DNA of 64,000 nucleotides, from NCBI GenBank assembly GCA_000004985.1, contig GG738845.1; one strand, given 5' to 3'. Shown piece by piece: positions 55,476 through 64,000 of this stretch. Source of the DNA: Naegleria gruberi. Taxonomy: Eukaryota. Numbering within the stretch: position 1 is the stretch's first letter; the number at the start of each line of letters is the position of its first letter. Under the pieces are notes generated by a model. That model was not told where the DNA came from and did not search any database. It saw only the letters and a program-made list of their open reading frames with translations. The position numbers and the translations under genes were made by a program.

Positions 55476-57335
55476 TTATAAATTATTTTCAGTATCTGTT
55501 TTAACCTTCTTTGCTTCATTTGTATTGTCATCATCGTCCTCTGCTGATGGTGATTTTCTCTTTTTCGAATTCTCTTCTGGTTCTTCAGAATTTTCATAAT
55601 TGTTACTACCTTCAGATGAGGAGGGTTCTGGAGGAGAAACTTCCAAACTTATTGTTTCCAAAAAGTGTTGTGATTTCTTTGTGTGGTCTTTCTTCAAGTC
55701 TTCCAGAGCTAGGGAAAGATATTTCAAATCAAATTCTGAAAGTAATCTACACGATTTCCACACAAATACTACGCTACTGTTAACCATTTTTTCAGAATAC
55801 GAGTGATGAATTTCTTCCTTTACACAAGGAACAATATAATCTTTGAAATTATACGATCTGAGAATATTATCCGAGCTCCTTAAAAACTTATCAATAGATG
55901 CTTGAGAAATGTCACATGTTAAAAATTTAGCCATTTCAGTATTCTTGAAGGATTGATCAACCTTAGTTGATGGAGGGAAAACGGATTCATGATCTTTGAA
56001 GTATGGTGTACATCCATTGGATTTCCAGTTGGACCAGTGTCGTTCTCTGTCGAGAATAGTTTCTAGTAAGGTGACTGATTCTGGATCGTATTTTCTTACG
56101 ACATTCAGAGTTTTGTCCTTCAAGGTTTTGAGTTCACTCAAATAGAAGGATGGCTCTGAATTTTTCTCCAACAACCTGTAGATTGTTACCAATAATTGAA
56201 TTAGTACTTGTCTCCTAAATCTAACATCATCTAATTGTAAATCGAATAGTGTTCTATTCTTTAAGAGTTTGATAGGAGAAAATAAATCTTGAACTAGTGC
56301 TGACTCGTGGTTGGTTGATTGATTATTCTTCTTCAATTGTTTCATGGTTTGAATGTTTGTTGTGAATCTAGTGTCCAAGCATTTCAATATTCTATCAACT
56401 TCACGCGAAAATAAACTCCAACTTGGACATTCATCATTTCCTCTTGGATAACTATTATAGAATGATGCAAGTGTAGATTGAAGTTCCAATATTTGAATTA
56501 TATGCACTTGAAGTCCCCAATAAATTTCAAAATCATCCTGTGTATTGCTTGAATCCTCATTGTTATCATTTAAAATTTGTTGTTCCAACAATGAGTGATG
56601 CTCCTTGTTAAAGTGACCACCCTTATTGATACAGGCATCATGATTATATGGAAGTACGGAAGCAACAAACAATAAAATTCTACCACAAGTGACAGAATCC
56701 TCAATTTTTGATACCTTTTTCGATGCAAATACGCCTCTCACTGTTTTGAGTAATTCTAGAGCTCGAATTTTATAATCGGAACAGCATAATCTCAAAACTT
56801 CAATAAAATCATTCCCCTTACTTCCATCCATACAATAATTGAAAATTTGTTCAATTTGTTTGGCATGATTGAAATGATTACAATATTCCGACAGAATTAA
56901 AATTGGTATGATGGACATGGCCTTCTTTTTCTCTTCATCATGTTGCTCACTTTTTAGTGAATGTAATGTAACTTTAGTAATTTCATCCAAGAAGGAAAAA
57001 TTAATTTCTGTCGTTAATCCTTTCGACAACCTAGCTTGTTCATACAATAAATAAATTTTCAAACTACTCCTAACTAGTGATTCCAAACTTTCAGCATTTT
57101 CATTAGATAATTGCTCCACAAATTCACGCGAATTTATTTCTCCCTCCGTAGTAGTTGTTGATGAAATGATATCCTTCAAATTCTTTTTGAAACTCTTCAT
57201 AAAATCGAGAGGAATTTTAAAAACATTCACCAATAAATTTTCCAACATGGTTTGTTGTTTCGGATCATGATCGAAAAAATCACACAACAAGAGATTGACC
57301 AAGTGATGTGATGATTTTGAAAGTATTATTTCCAT
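55476..57335 (-). CDS. THO complex subunit 1 (THOC1/Hpr1)-like protein, tentative; about 620 aa with an acidic C-terminal tail.
   Basis: Long helical ORF abutting the ATM1 stop by 1 nt on the opposite strand. FEIYWGLQVHIIQILELQ and overall architecture resemble the efThoc1 domain. In-frame ATGs at 57335 and 57365. Confidence 0.35.
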   Translation of the reverse strand: MEIILSKSSHHLVNLLLCDFFDHDPKQQTMLENLLVNVFKIPLDFMKSFKKNLKDIISSTTTTEGEINSREFVEQLSNENAESLESLVRSSLKIYLLYEQARLSKGLTTEINFSFLDEITKVTLHSLKSEQHDEEKKKAMSIIPILILSEYCNHFNHAKQIEQIFNYCMDGSKGNDFIEVLRLCCSDYKIRALELLKTVRGVFASKKVSKIEDSVTCGRILLFVASVLPYNHDACINKGGHFNKEHHSLLEQQILNDNNEDSSNTQDDFEIYWGLQVHIIQILELQSTLASFYNSYPRGNDECPSWSLFSREVDRILKCLDTRFTTNIQTMKQLKKNNQSTNHESALVQDLFSPIKLLKNRTLFDLQLDDVRFRRQVLIQLLVTIYRLLEKNSEPSFYLSELKTLKDKTLNVVRKYDPESVTLLETILDRERHWSNWKSNGCTPYFKDHESVFPPSTKVDQSFKNTEMAKFLTCDISQASIDKFLRSSDNILRSYNFKDYIVPCVKEEIHHSYSEKMVNSSVVFVWKSCRLLSEFDLKYLSLALEDLKKDHTKKSQHFLETISLEVSPPEPSSSEGSNNYENSEEPEENSKKRKSPSAEDDDDNTNEAKKVKTDTENNL

Positions 57336-57399
57336 TTTTTTTGTAAAAGAATAATTCAAACACATATTATATTTAATATTTAAAATTAGATATTAAAAA

Positions 57400-58929
57400 A
57401 TGCAACACTCGACCGAATACAAACAGAGACAAGAGGACTTTGTTTCCAATATAAGAGGAACTACACCCTTGGAAATATTTGGTTTATCATTCTCTGTTAT
57501 TTTGGTTCCATTATTGGAGCAATTTGTAAAAGTTTTTCTGATCCGAAGATTTAATTGGAAGAATAACAATACCATTCTGATAGGATTGGAAATTATTCTT
57601 AAAATTGTATTTTACTATGCCATTCAGACTGTATTTGTTTTGAATGAACCTGTTTTTTCAAAGACCTTTTCTATTAATTTGATTTGTGTGTGGCTGTTCA
57701 TGATTGTGACATGCTTGATATTCAAATACTTGGGAAAAGTGAATAATAAGAAGGAAGAGTATGATGTTGAGGAGAAACAAGTTCTACCTCAACAACAACA
57801 ACAGCAACAACACATAGAATTCTTATCAGAATATAGACATAGTATGCAATTGTCAACAATTATGGCCATTTTAATGGTGGATTTTACACTCTTTCCGAGA
57901 AGATTGTGTAAAGCAGAAACATTTGGATACACCTTAATGGATTTGGGAGTTGGAAGCTTTGTGTTTAGTGGAGCTATTGTTTCCAGTTCTGCTAGAAAAG
58001 TCTCTGGAACAAGTCAAAATTTATCAATTTCCAAAATAATGCACTCTCTCATTCCATTAGTTTGTTTGGCCTTCTTTAGATTTTTCACTGTCCAAACTGT
58101 AAACTATCAAACTCATGTGACAGAGTATGGAACTCATTGGAATTTTTTCACTACACTTGCTTGTTTATTGATTTTGTCAATTGTGGCAGATTTTGTAAAT
58201 ATAACATCAAATTGGAAGAGAAGTATAATATCTGGATTTTTATGTATATTCACTCAACAAATACTACTCTCATACTTTAACATGCAAGATGTAATTCTCT
58301 TTAAAGAGAGATCCAATTTTATATTGGCAAACAAGGAAGGTTTTGGTACAATACTGGGATATTTTTCAATACACTTGTTGGGTGTTGGCATAGGTCAATT
58401 TACCTTCTCAAATCATAAGCATTCAAAATTCTATCTGACAATAATGACCATATTTTCTGTATGTACCATACTATTAACCTTCCTTCCATTCTTCTATTTT
58501 GGAGGTAATCAATTTATTGAATCCCCAAATAATTCCCTTGACAGAACCTATCACTATCAAATTAGCTATTCATTCTTTCAAGAAACTAATTTACTCTTTT
58601 CAATTTTGATTCCATCTAGAAGGATGACAAACTTTGGATATGTTATTTATACCATATCTTTTAATATTACACTAGTGGCCCTATTTTATTTGGTGTCAGG
58701 TGTCACTAAGGAATTACCTACCAAAGGACAAAGTCACGTGAGAGATTCTATGAATTTCAATCCTCTTTTTTCATTTTTATTTGCGAATATTATGACAGGT
58801 TTACTCAATTTATCTATTCATACGATTGATGCATCCTATGTTACAGGTAGTTTAGTTATAATTAGTTATGGAATAATTGTTTGTCTAGCTGATATATACT
58901 TATTCTCAAAGAAAAGAAAGGTTTTCTAG
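57400..58929 (+). CDS. GWT1: GPI-anchor inositol acyltransferase GWT1/PIG-W.
   Basis: N-terminus YKQRQEDFVSNIRGTTPLEI parallels Gwt1 KQRKEDFVTGLNGGSITEI. About 12 hydrophobic helices; 509 aa; single exon. Start codon only 35-65 nt from the divergent THOC1-like ATG. Confidence 0.65.
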   Translation: MQHSTEYKQRQEDFVSNIRGTTPLEIFGLSFSVILVPLLEQFVKVFLIRRFNWKNNNTILIGLEIILKIVFYYAIQTVFVLNEPVFSKTFSINLICVWLFMIVTCLIFKYLGKVNNKKEEYDVEEKQVLPQQQQQQQHIEFLSEYRHSMQLSTIMAILMVDFTLFPRRLCKAETFGYTLMDLGVGSFVFSGAIVSSSARKVSGTSQNLSISKIMHSLIPLVCLAFFRFFTVQTVNYQTHVTEYGTHWNFFTTLACLLILSIVADFVNITSNWKRSIISGFLCIFTQQILLSYFNMQDVILFKERSNFILANKEGFGTILGYFSIHLLGVGIGQFTFSNHKHSKFYLTIMTIFSVCTILLTFLPFFYFGGNQFIESPNNSLDRTYHYQISYSFFQETNLLFSILIPSRRMTNFGYVIYTISFNITLVALFYLVSGVTKELPTKGQSHVRDSMNFNPLFSFLFANIMTGLLNLSIHTIDASYVTGSLVIISYGIIVCLADIYLFSKKRKVF

Positions 58930-58937
58930 AGTGAATA

Positions 58938-59585
58938 TTACAGTACAGAAGAACCCTTTCTCTTTTTGTAATCATCATCCTTAACTACGTCAGACAATCT
59001 TGGAGAGGTTTGTAAAAGTGGGCAATCCGTCTCATAGGGCGTGAAATCATAAAATAAGGAGCATTCATAGTCACACTCTTCAGTGATTACATTTTCAAAA
59101 AGGTTCAACTTTTTCTTAGCATCTACAGATCTTGAAGAAAGTGGCAATTCAGGTTCGTCCTCTTGCTGTAAATTAATTTTTGGTCCAGAATTGTTTTTTC
59201 CTCCCACATAATGCCCTGATTGAGGGTTAAATCTAAATATCGATTTTAAAGTATTGTTCAAATCTCCTGGTTGATTTCCAACTTCATTTCCTGGAGCCAC
59301 ACTATCTTTCCAAAAAGAAACACCAGTTACACTTCCTCCATGTCTTTCCTTAATTTTTTGTTCAATAGTGTATAGATTTGTTGATTCCCGAACACGAATT
59401 TGAAATCCCATATTGTCCCAATTCATCAATCTTACTTTTACAAGAACCCACCTATCCTCAACTTCGGCAAAAACTTCTGGTGGGGGTGGTGTATAATTCT
59501 TTGACATTTCAATAAGTAATTGGTCAATCTTATTGTTTTGATTCCGTTTGGAGGCTCCTCCAGATGCTGCTCTCTTTTTAGGCAT
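58938..59585 (-). CDS. Hypothetical protein, 215 aa.
   Basis: ATG at 59585; possible beta-grasp-like segment WVLVKVRLMNWDNMGFQIRV; no family recognised. Confidence 0.3.
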   Translation of the reverse strand: MPKKRAASGGASKRNQNNKIDQLLIEMSKNYTPPPPEVFAEVEDRWVLVKVRLMNWDNMGFQIRVRESTNLYTIEQKIKERHGGSVTGVSFWKDSVAPGNEVGNQPGDLNNTLKSIFRFNPQSGHYVGGKNNSGPKINLQQEDEPELPLSSRSVDAKKKLNLFENVITEECDYECSLFYDFTPYETDCPLLQTSPRLSDVVKDDDYKKRKGSSVL

Positions 59586-59770
59586 TATTAATAATATTGC
59601 TGGAATGCTTTTATAAAGGATGTTGTACTCGTGGTTGAGGTTTGGTTATTTTTTTGTAGTATTTGGCGCCAAAATAAATGCCAATCAATGTGGATCACCT
59701 ACATTTTTTGTTCAAATTTCCAGTAATTAAAAGAATGAACACAAAAATAAATTCACAACAAGTAAAAAAA

Positions 59771-60640
59771 ATGCGTTTCAAAGCCAACCTCACCAATCAA
59801 AAATTATTATACTCTATTGTGCAATGTATGGAAAAAGTGGACAAGACAGGAATCATTCGTCTCAGCAAGGATAAAATAATACTGATCGCCAGACAAACTG
59901 ATGGTGAAAATACTCAAGTTCATGGTGTTGTGCCATCTGTAAATTTATTTTCAGAGATGAGGATACAATCCAAACTCCGAAATGAAATTGTGATTGAAGT
60001 ACAATTGAAAAATCTATCTGCAGCTTTAAAATCTGCCAATAATGCACTTGCGATTGTGGCAAAATTAACAAAAAAACAAGAAATTGGATATTTGAGCTTT
60101 GAAATTAAAACACAAGTAGCAAAAGGAAAGGAAACTTCAAATGTTGTGACAGTCGTTCAAGATGTTCCAATTAGAGTACTTTTACAGGAGGAAATTCAAG
60201 TCAAAGTTGTAGAACCAGACTTTTCATCACATTGTCAAAATCCGCTCATTATTAGTTTACCAAAACTAAAAGAGATGAAATCTGTTATTGATAAGATGAA
60301 ATCAACTCATAATGGTACAGTAGAAGTATCTGGATCACCTACAGGGCAACTAAGGTTATTAGTGACTAGTACATTAGTTTCAATCAGAACTATTTATAAG
60401 GGGCTTAATGTTAAAGCCTCTCCTCCTAACACAATCAATGAAGTTTACACTTCAGAGATTACAGTCAAGCTGAAATCACTCTCTAGACTTCTCCATGCCC
60501 ATAATGCCAATCCAACTGATGTGAATTGTATCTTTGCTGATGGTACAGCACTCATTGTTGATGTCTATCTTGAATCGAATGGTGAAGGGGATGAAGCCCC
60601 AAAAAGCTACCTGACTTACTATATTACTGCAGTTCAATAA
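59771..60640 (+). CDS. HUS1: Checkpoint clamp subunit HUS1 (9-1-1 complex). An alternative upstream in-frame ATG lies at 59678.
   Basis: MRFKANLTNQKLLYSIVQCMEKV matches the HUS1 N-terminus (MKFRAKI....L..F.R....I.KL). LPKLKEMKSVIDKMKSTHNGTVEVSGSPTGQLRLLV matches the HUS1 LPVLKTMKSVVEKMK block. Confidence 0.65.
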   Translation: MRFKANLTNQKLLYSIVQCMEKVDKTGIIRLSKDKIILIARQTDGENTQVHGVVPSVNLFSEMRIQSKLRNEIVIEVQLKNLSAALKSANNALAIVAKLTKKQEIGYLSFEIKTQVAKGKETSNVVTVVQDVPIRVLLQEEIQVKVVEPDFSSHCQNPLIISLPKLKEMKSVIDKMKSTHNGTVEVSGSPTGQLRLLVTSTLVSIRTIYKGLNVKASPPNTINEVYTSEITVKLKSLSRLLHAHNANPTDVNCIFADGTALIVDVYLESNGEGDEAPKSYLTYYITAVQ

Positions 60641-60741
60641 GATTTAAAATCAACTAGGAAATTGTAAATAAATATAAATTATTATTTTTATTAAAAAAGG
60701 TAATAATTTTAAGTAATATTTAATTAATTTAATTTACAATA

Positions 60742-61308
60742 TTATTCCTTGTTTGTAAGGACCAATAATATTAAAACACCAACAACTACGTATTTAACAG
60801 ATGGATAATCATTCATAATAATTGTCACCATACCAACATATGGTAAAATAGACTTCACTCTTCCGACAATGTGTCCTCTATTCAACCACTGCAATCCTGG
60901 ATTATAAATTCCATATCTATCATCGTGTGGGTTGTGATCTCCCTTTGTCAAAATTTTTACATTTTCATCCTCCTTTCCTTCAAATAAATTAGTTTGATTG
61001 TGAGTATTGTGCAATCGGATCACTCTGTGTACTATTGGAATTTCCTTTCCCTCCAACTTGTAAACAACAATGTCTCCAATATGAACAGGATCCGAGCTCA
61101 ATGAAAGAAACAAAATATCCCCTCTATAAAAAGCAGGTTCCATACTACCAGTCAAAACAACAACAATCGGAGATTGACAATTTGTATAAATTGATAAGGA
61201 TTTCCAAATAATCAGTGCACTACACAGCACAAAAGCAAGAGAAACAATCTGACTCAAAAATTCTCTTGCATTAAATCCTTTAAATTGTTCGGAGAGTGAT
61301 GAAAACAT
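60742..61308 (-). CDS. SEC11: Signal peptidase complex catalytic subunit SEC11.
   Basis: IVSLAFVLCSALIIWKSL (TM), VVVLTGSMEPAFYRGDILFL (catalytic Ser box), IVHRV and TKGDHNPHDD are the SEC11/SPC18 boxes. ATG at 61308. Confidence 0.8.
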   Translation of the reverse strand: MFSSLSEQFKGFNAREFLSQIVSLAFVLCSALIIWKSLSIYTNCQSPIVVVLTGSMEPAFYRGDILFLSLSSDPVHIGDIVVYKLEGKEIPIVHRVIRLHNTHNQTNLFEGKEDENVKILTKGDHNPHDDRYGIYNPGLQWLNRGHIVGRVKSILPYVGMVTIIMNDYPSVKYVVVGVLILLVLTNKE

Positions 61309-61436
61309 TTTTTTTATTTTTCTTTTAAAAAGTCTTACCAACTTTCATTATTCAATACACGTGTAATAGCAACAATTCTTTAATATTGTCATTCTATATT
61401 TTGATGTAGTCAGAATTTTGATTACTGGATGTTATA

Positions 61437-63009
61437 ATGATAGACATGATATGGACTTTAAAAAAAATGAAAAAACTAATTTCAACCACGAACAGTTGTC
61501 TCAAGTTTAGATCATCAACATTACTCATCGGAAGATCAAACTCTTGTTATAAAAGAGTTGATCAACAGGTGAATAACTTATCATTGAGAGGAGAAAAAAT
61601 AATGAGAACATTCTCTACTAGAGTTTCTTCTTTGATGGATAATAATCAACAAACGGATTTGGAAAAGGCAGTATTTGCAGAAAAACAAGAATTATTCAGA
61701 AAAGCTCTATTAGAATCAGTGATTAATAAGGGAAATAAGGATACCAAATTTTATTGGGCTTGCTTTTCTGCTTTGGCGTCATTTGGTACTTTAGGATTCG
61801 AAGTTCTTTTCAGAATGTTGGACATTCCATTCATTGGCTTTGGTTACGCTGCTCTATTAACTTGTTATCTTTTGTTTAATAGATCTGCATCAATGTTATC
61901 AAGTGGTTCCAATATTGCTGCATCAATGGTAAGTATTTTGTTGTGAGCTTTTATTCAAACTTATTGAAATAACTTTATAAGGGAGGAGTTGAAATTTTAC
62001 CAAACTCTACAATTCCAGAACACGCCAGAGTTTATAGAATGGTTGAAGAAATTACCAATTCAGTTAAATTAAAAACCATTCCAAAGGTTTATTGGATTGA
62101 CTGTGATGAAGCCAATGCATTTGCATCTGGATACTCTATCAAAAAGAGTTGTATCACGGTCACAAAAGGATTAGCCTCAATGCTAAATGATGATGAGTTG
62201 AAAAGTGTTATTGGTCATGAAATGGGACATGTACTAAATGGTGATATGAAAACTGGTACATTAATTGCAGGAATGATTTCATCCTTTGCAATAGCTGTGG
62301 ATTTAACCAGACATTTAAAGAGTAACCAAAGTAGCAATAGCTCCAAATCCAGTAGTAGTAACAATAAGGGAAAAGATAATTCCCAAGCCATTATTGGATT
62401 AATCATCTTACTATCATACGTCACACTCTTGGCTGGTAAATTGTTATCAGTGGCAGTAAGCAGACACAGAGAATATGCATCAGACGCTATTGCCGGTGCT
62501 TTAACTCATCCTTACTATATTAGAGATGCTCTTCGTAAGATATCTAATCAGCATAACAAACCAACGTTTAGCTCAATTTCAAAACTGCCAACATCAGACT
62601 CTACTAATCACTTGATGTTTTTCGAGAGAGAAAAACTGACCTCATTAACATCAACACATCCTTCCATGGAGGAGAGATTTGCTAATTTAGATAAATTAGC
62701 AAGCTTTGACGTTGAAGATTTTAGAAAATTAGCCAAGGTATGTTTAACCTTATTAAGATGTGCTATAATTTCATTTAGGTTTCAGTTATGAGAGATGAAC
62801 GTGCCAAGAATACTATTCTTGGTATAATGTTCTTGTACTGTTTATTTATTATTTTCTTAATCTACAATATTGGGGAGGATACAGTTTTAAAGTACTTGAA
62901 TGAAGGTTCTGAAGATATTTCAAAATTAATTTCACAAGGTCCAACATATTGTAAGGAGCTTTTGGAAAAAACCTGGAAAAGTATTTTAGTGTTACTTTCT
63001 AAACCTTAA
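61437..63009 (+). CDS. OMA1: M48-family zinc metalloprotease (OMA1/HtpX-like), probably mitochondrial. Exons 61437..61928, 61982..62737 and 62779..63009.
   Basis: The presequence-like region contains MRTFSTRVSSL. Exon 2 reads GGVEILPNS...VYWIDCDEANAFASGYS...VIGHEMGHVLNGD (HExxH) ...REYASD. Introns are 53 nt (GTAAGT..ATAAG) and 41 nt (GTATGT..ATTTAG). Start codon uncertain (61437 vs 61600). Confidence 0.6.
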
Positions 63010-63048
63010 TATACTTCACTTGACAAAAAGTTCTTGTATTTTTAACGT

Positions 63049-63981
63049 TTATTCATCAATAAAATCGATAATACGTTGCATTGTTGCTCTGGCTTCAGGA
63101 ATATAATAGCTCAACAATGGATAAATGTGTGGCATCATTTCATCAACAATTACCTTGACAGATGGGTGCTCAATTTCATTCAAAACTTCCAAAAACTTGA
63201 CACTTTCAGCAGTAAACTCTTCGTCCTTACTGTAGACGGCCAATAATTTGGTTGAGTGAACTCTCTTGTTAGCATTTTTCCATGTATTCAATGGGGAAAG
63301 ATTAGTTTCAGTCTTATAAAGTTTTTCCATGACAGCCAACAATTCACGTGTACACAAGAGGTTATTCTTTTCATTCATTGTTGAAGCAGCCATTTGTCCG
63401 CTCAGGTCGTATACACCTGAAATAAGGATGGCAGATGAAGGCATATCCAATTGTTGATCTTCAGCTATACGAAGCAAAAGTGAAGAAGCAATACCAGCTC
63501 CAAATGAGTCACCCATAATAACTATATCCTTAGCATTGACATTCTTTTCATTTATGAGCCATTTGTAAGCTTCCAAAGCGTCATTAACTTGCTCGGAAAA
63601 ACTGGAAGCAAAATTCTTATTGTCTTTCTTTTCAACATCAGTGAGAGGCATCTTTCTATAATTTACAGAAAGAATGTTTAACAATGAACTATTCAAACGA
63701 TTTGACATGAATTCTACAATAGATCTGATTTGCAAACCATCATGAACTCCAGCAAATCCACCTCCACCATGAATCAACAACATTGTCTTGGCAGTCTTTG
63801 ATTTTCCAAAATCCAAATAAAAACTATCACGAAGTTTAACAAATTTTGAATTACGGAGTGATGACACTTCTTCCTTTTCCAATACATTATAAAGACTAAT
63901 AGGAGGAGCCATATTTAAATTCACATTTTGACGTAAAATAACAGGATCATTAACTTTTTTAGCATTGTTAAAACGGATCAA
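63049..63981 (-). CDS. Alpha/beta-hydrolase fold-3 esterase/lipase (arylacetamide deacetylase/HSL-like). The N-terminus may extend beyond the window; first ATG at 63912.
   Basis: Oxyanion-hole HGGGGFAG, nucleophile elbow GDSFG, and C-terminal D/H catalytic-triad candidates (IVDEMMPHIY). ORF still open at the window edge. Confidence 0.55.
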   Translation of the reverse strand: MIRFNNAKKVNDPVILRQNVNLNMAPPISLYNVLEKEEVSSLRNSKFVKLRDSFYLDFGKSKTAKTMLLIHGGGGFAGVHDGLQIRSIVEFMSNRLNSSLLNILSVNYRKMPLTDVEKKDNKNFASSFSEQVNDALEAYKWLINEKNVNAKDIVIMGDSFGAGIASSLLLRIAEDQQLDMPSSAILISGVYDLSGQMAASTMNEKNNLLCTRELLAVMEKLYKTETNLSPLNTWKNANKRVHSTKLLAVYSKDEEFTAESVKFLEVLNEIEHPSVKVIVDEMMPHIYPLLSYYIPEARATMQRIIDFIDE

Positions 63982-64000
63982 GTTGAAATAAGTTTGAGCT

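Noticed and set aside
1-64000. Search for prokaryotic-style systems: CRISPR arrays, toxin-antitoxin or defence islands, operons, IS elements.
   Set aside because: The sequence is unmistakably eukaryotic nuclear DNA, with spliceosomal introns that have GT-AG ends, monocistronic genes on alternating strands and eukaryote-specific proteins. The only repeats are coding low-complexity repeats, microsatellites and one 28-nt dispersed duplicate. No direct-repeat/spacer architecture or transposase ORF was seen.

Overview
This 64 kb window is an AT-rich, very gene-dense eukaryotic nuclear segment using the standard genetic code. I count about 45 protein-coding genes on both strands.

I reconstructed the spliceosomal introns by hand; they are short (about 41-151 nt) with GTAAGT/GTATGT/GTAGGT donors and A/T-rich YAG acceptors, occasionally AAG. 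Start codons are often preceded by A-runs (aaaaaaaATG). Intergenic spacers are commonly under 300 nt, and several convergent 3' ends abut or overlap. There is no prokaryote-style operon or defence system, no CRISPR array, and no rRNA or tRNA gene. I assumed no alternative genetic code.

Genes I could recognise:
- Metabolism: cobalamin-dependent methionine synthase, mitochondrial serine hydroxymethyltransferase, HMG-CoA synthase, a bacterial-type NH3-dependent NAD synthetase, an alpha/beta-hydrolase.
- Secretory pathway and membranes: ERO1, SEC11, GWT1/PIG-W, MPDU1, a DHHC palmitoyltransferase, ATM1, an OMA1-like M48 protease, a Bet1-like SNARE.
- Nucleus and RNA: Nopp140/SRP40, a Zn2Cys6 factor, Elongin-A-like, RPAP1, LAS1, a DDX51-like helicase, THOC1-like, HUS1, a CXC-domain protein, an SBP2-like L7Ae protein.
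- Other: UFM1, a twin-Cx9C protein, two Ser/Thr kinases (one GCK-III/STE20 type), a degenerate kinesin motor fused to MORN repeats, plus about a dozen lineage-specific or unassigned ORFs.

The mix of flagellar-type proteins, fungal-type Zn2Cys6, UFM1, B12-dependent MetH and SBP2 suggests a unicellular flagellated eukaryote or zoosporic early-diverging fungus. I cannot assign the taxon from sequence alone.

The most unusual items are:
- the intron-containing bacterial-type NadE
- the putative SECIS-binding protein, which implies selenoprotein synthesis
- the kinesin-like/MORN fusion
- a roughly 3.5 kb gene-poor AT-rich island with an exact 28-nt dispersed repeat
- a kinase whose reading frame is interrupted by a single in-frame TAG inside a candidate micro-intron
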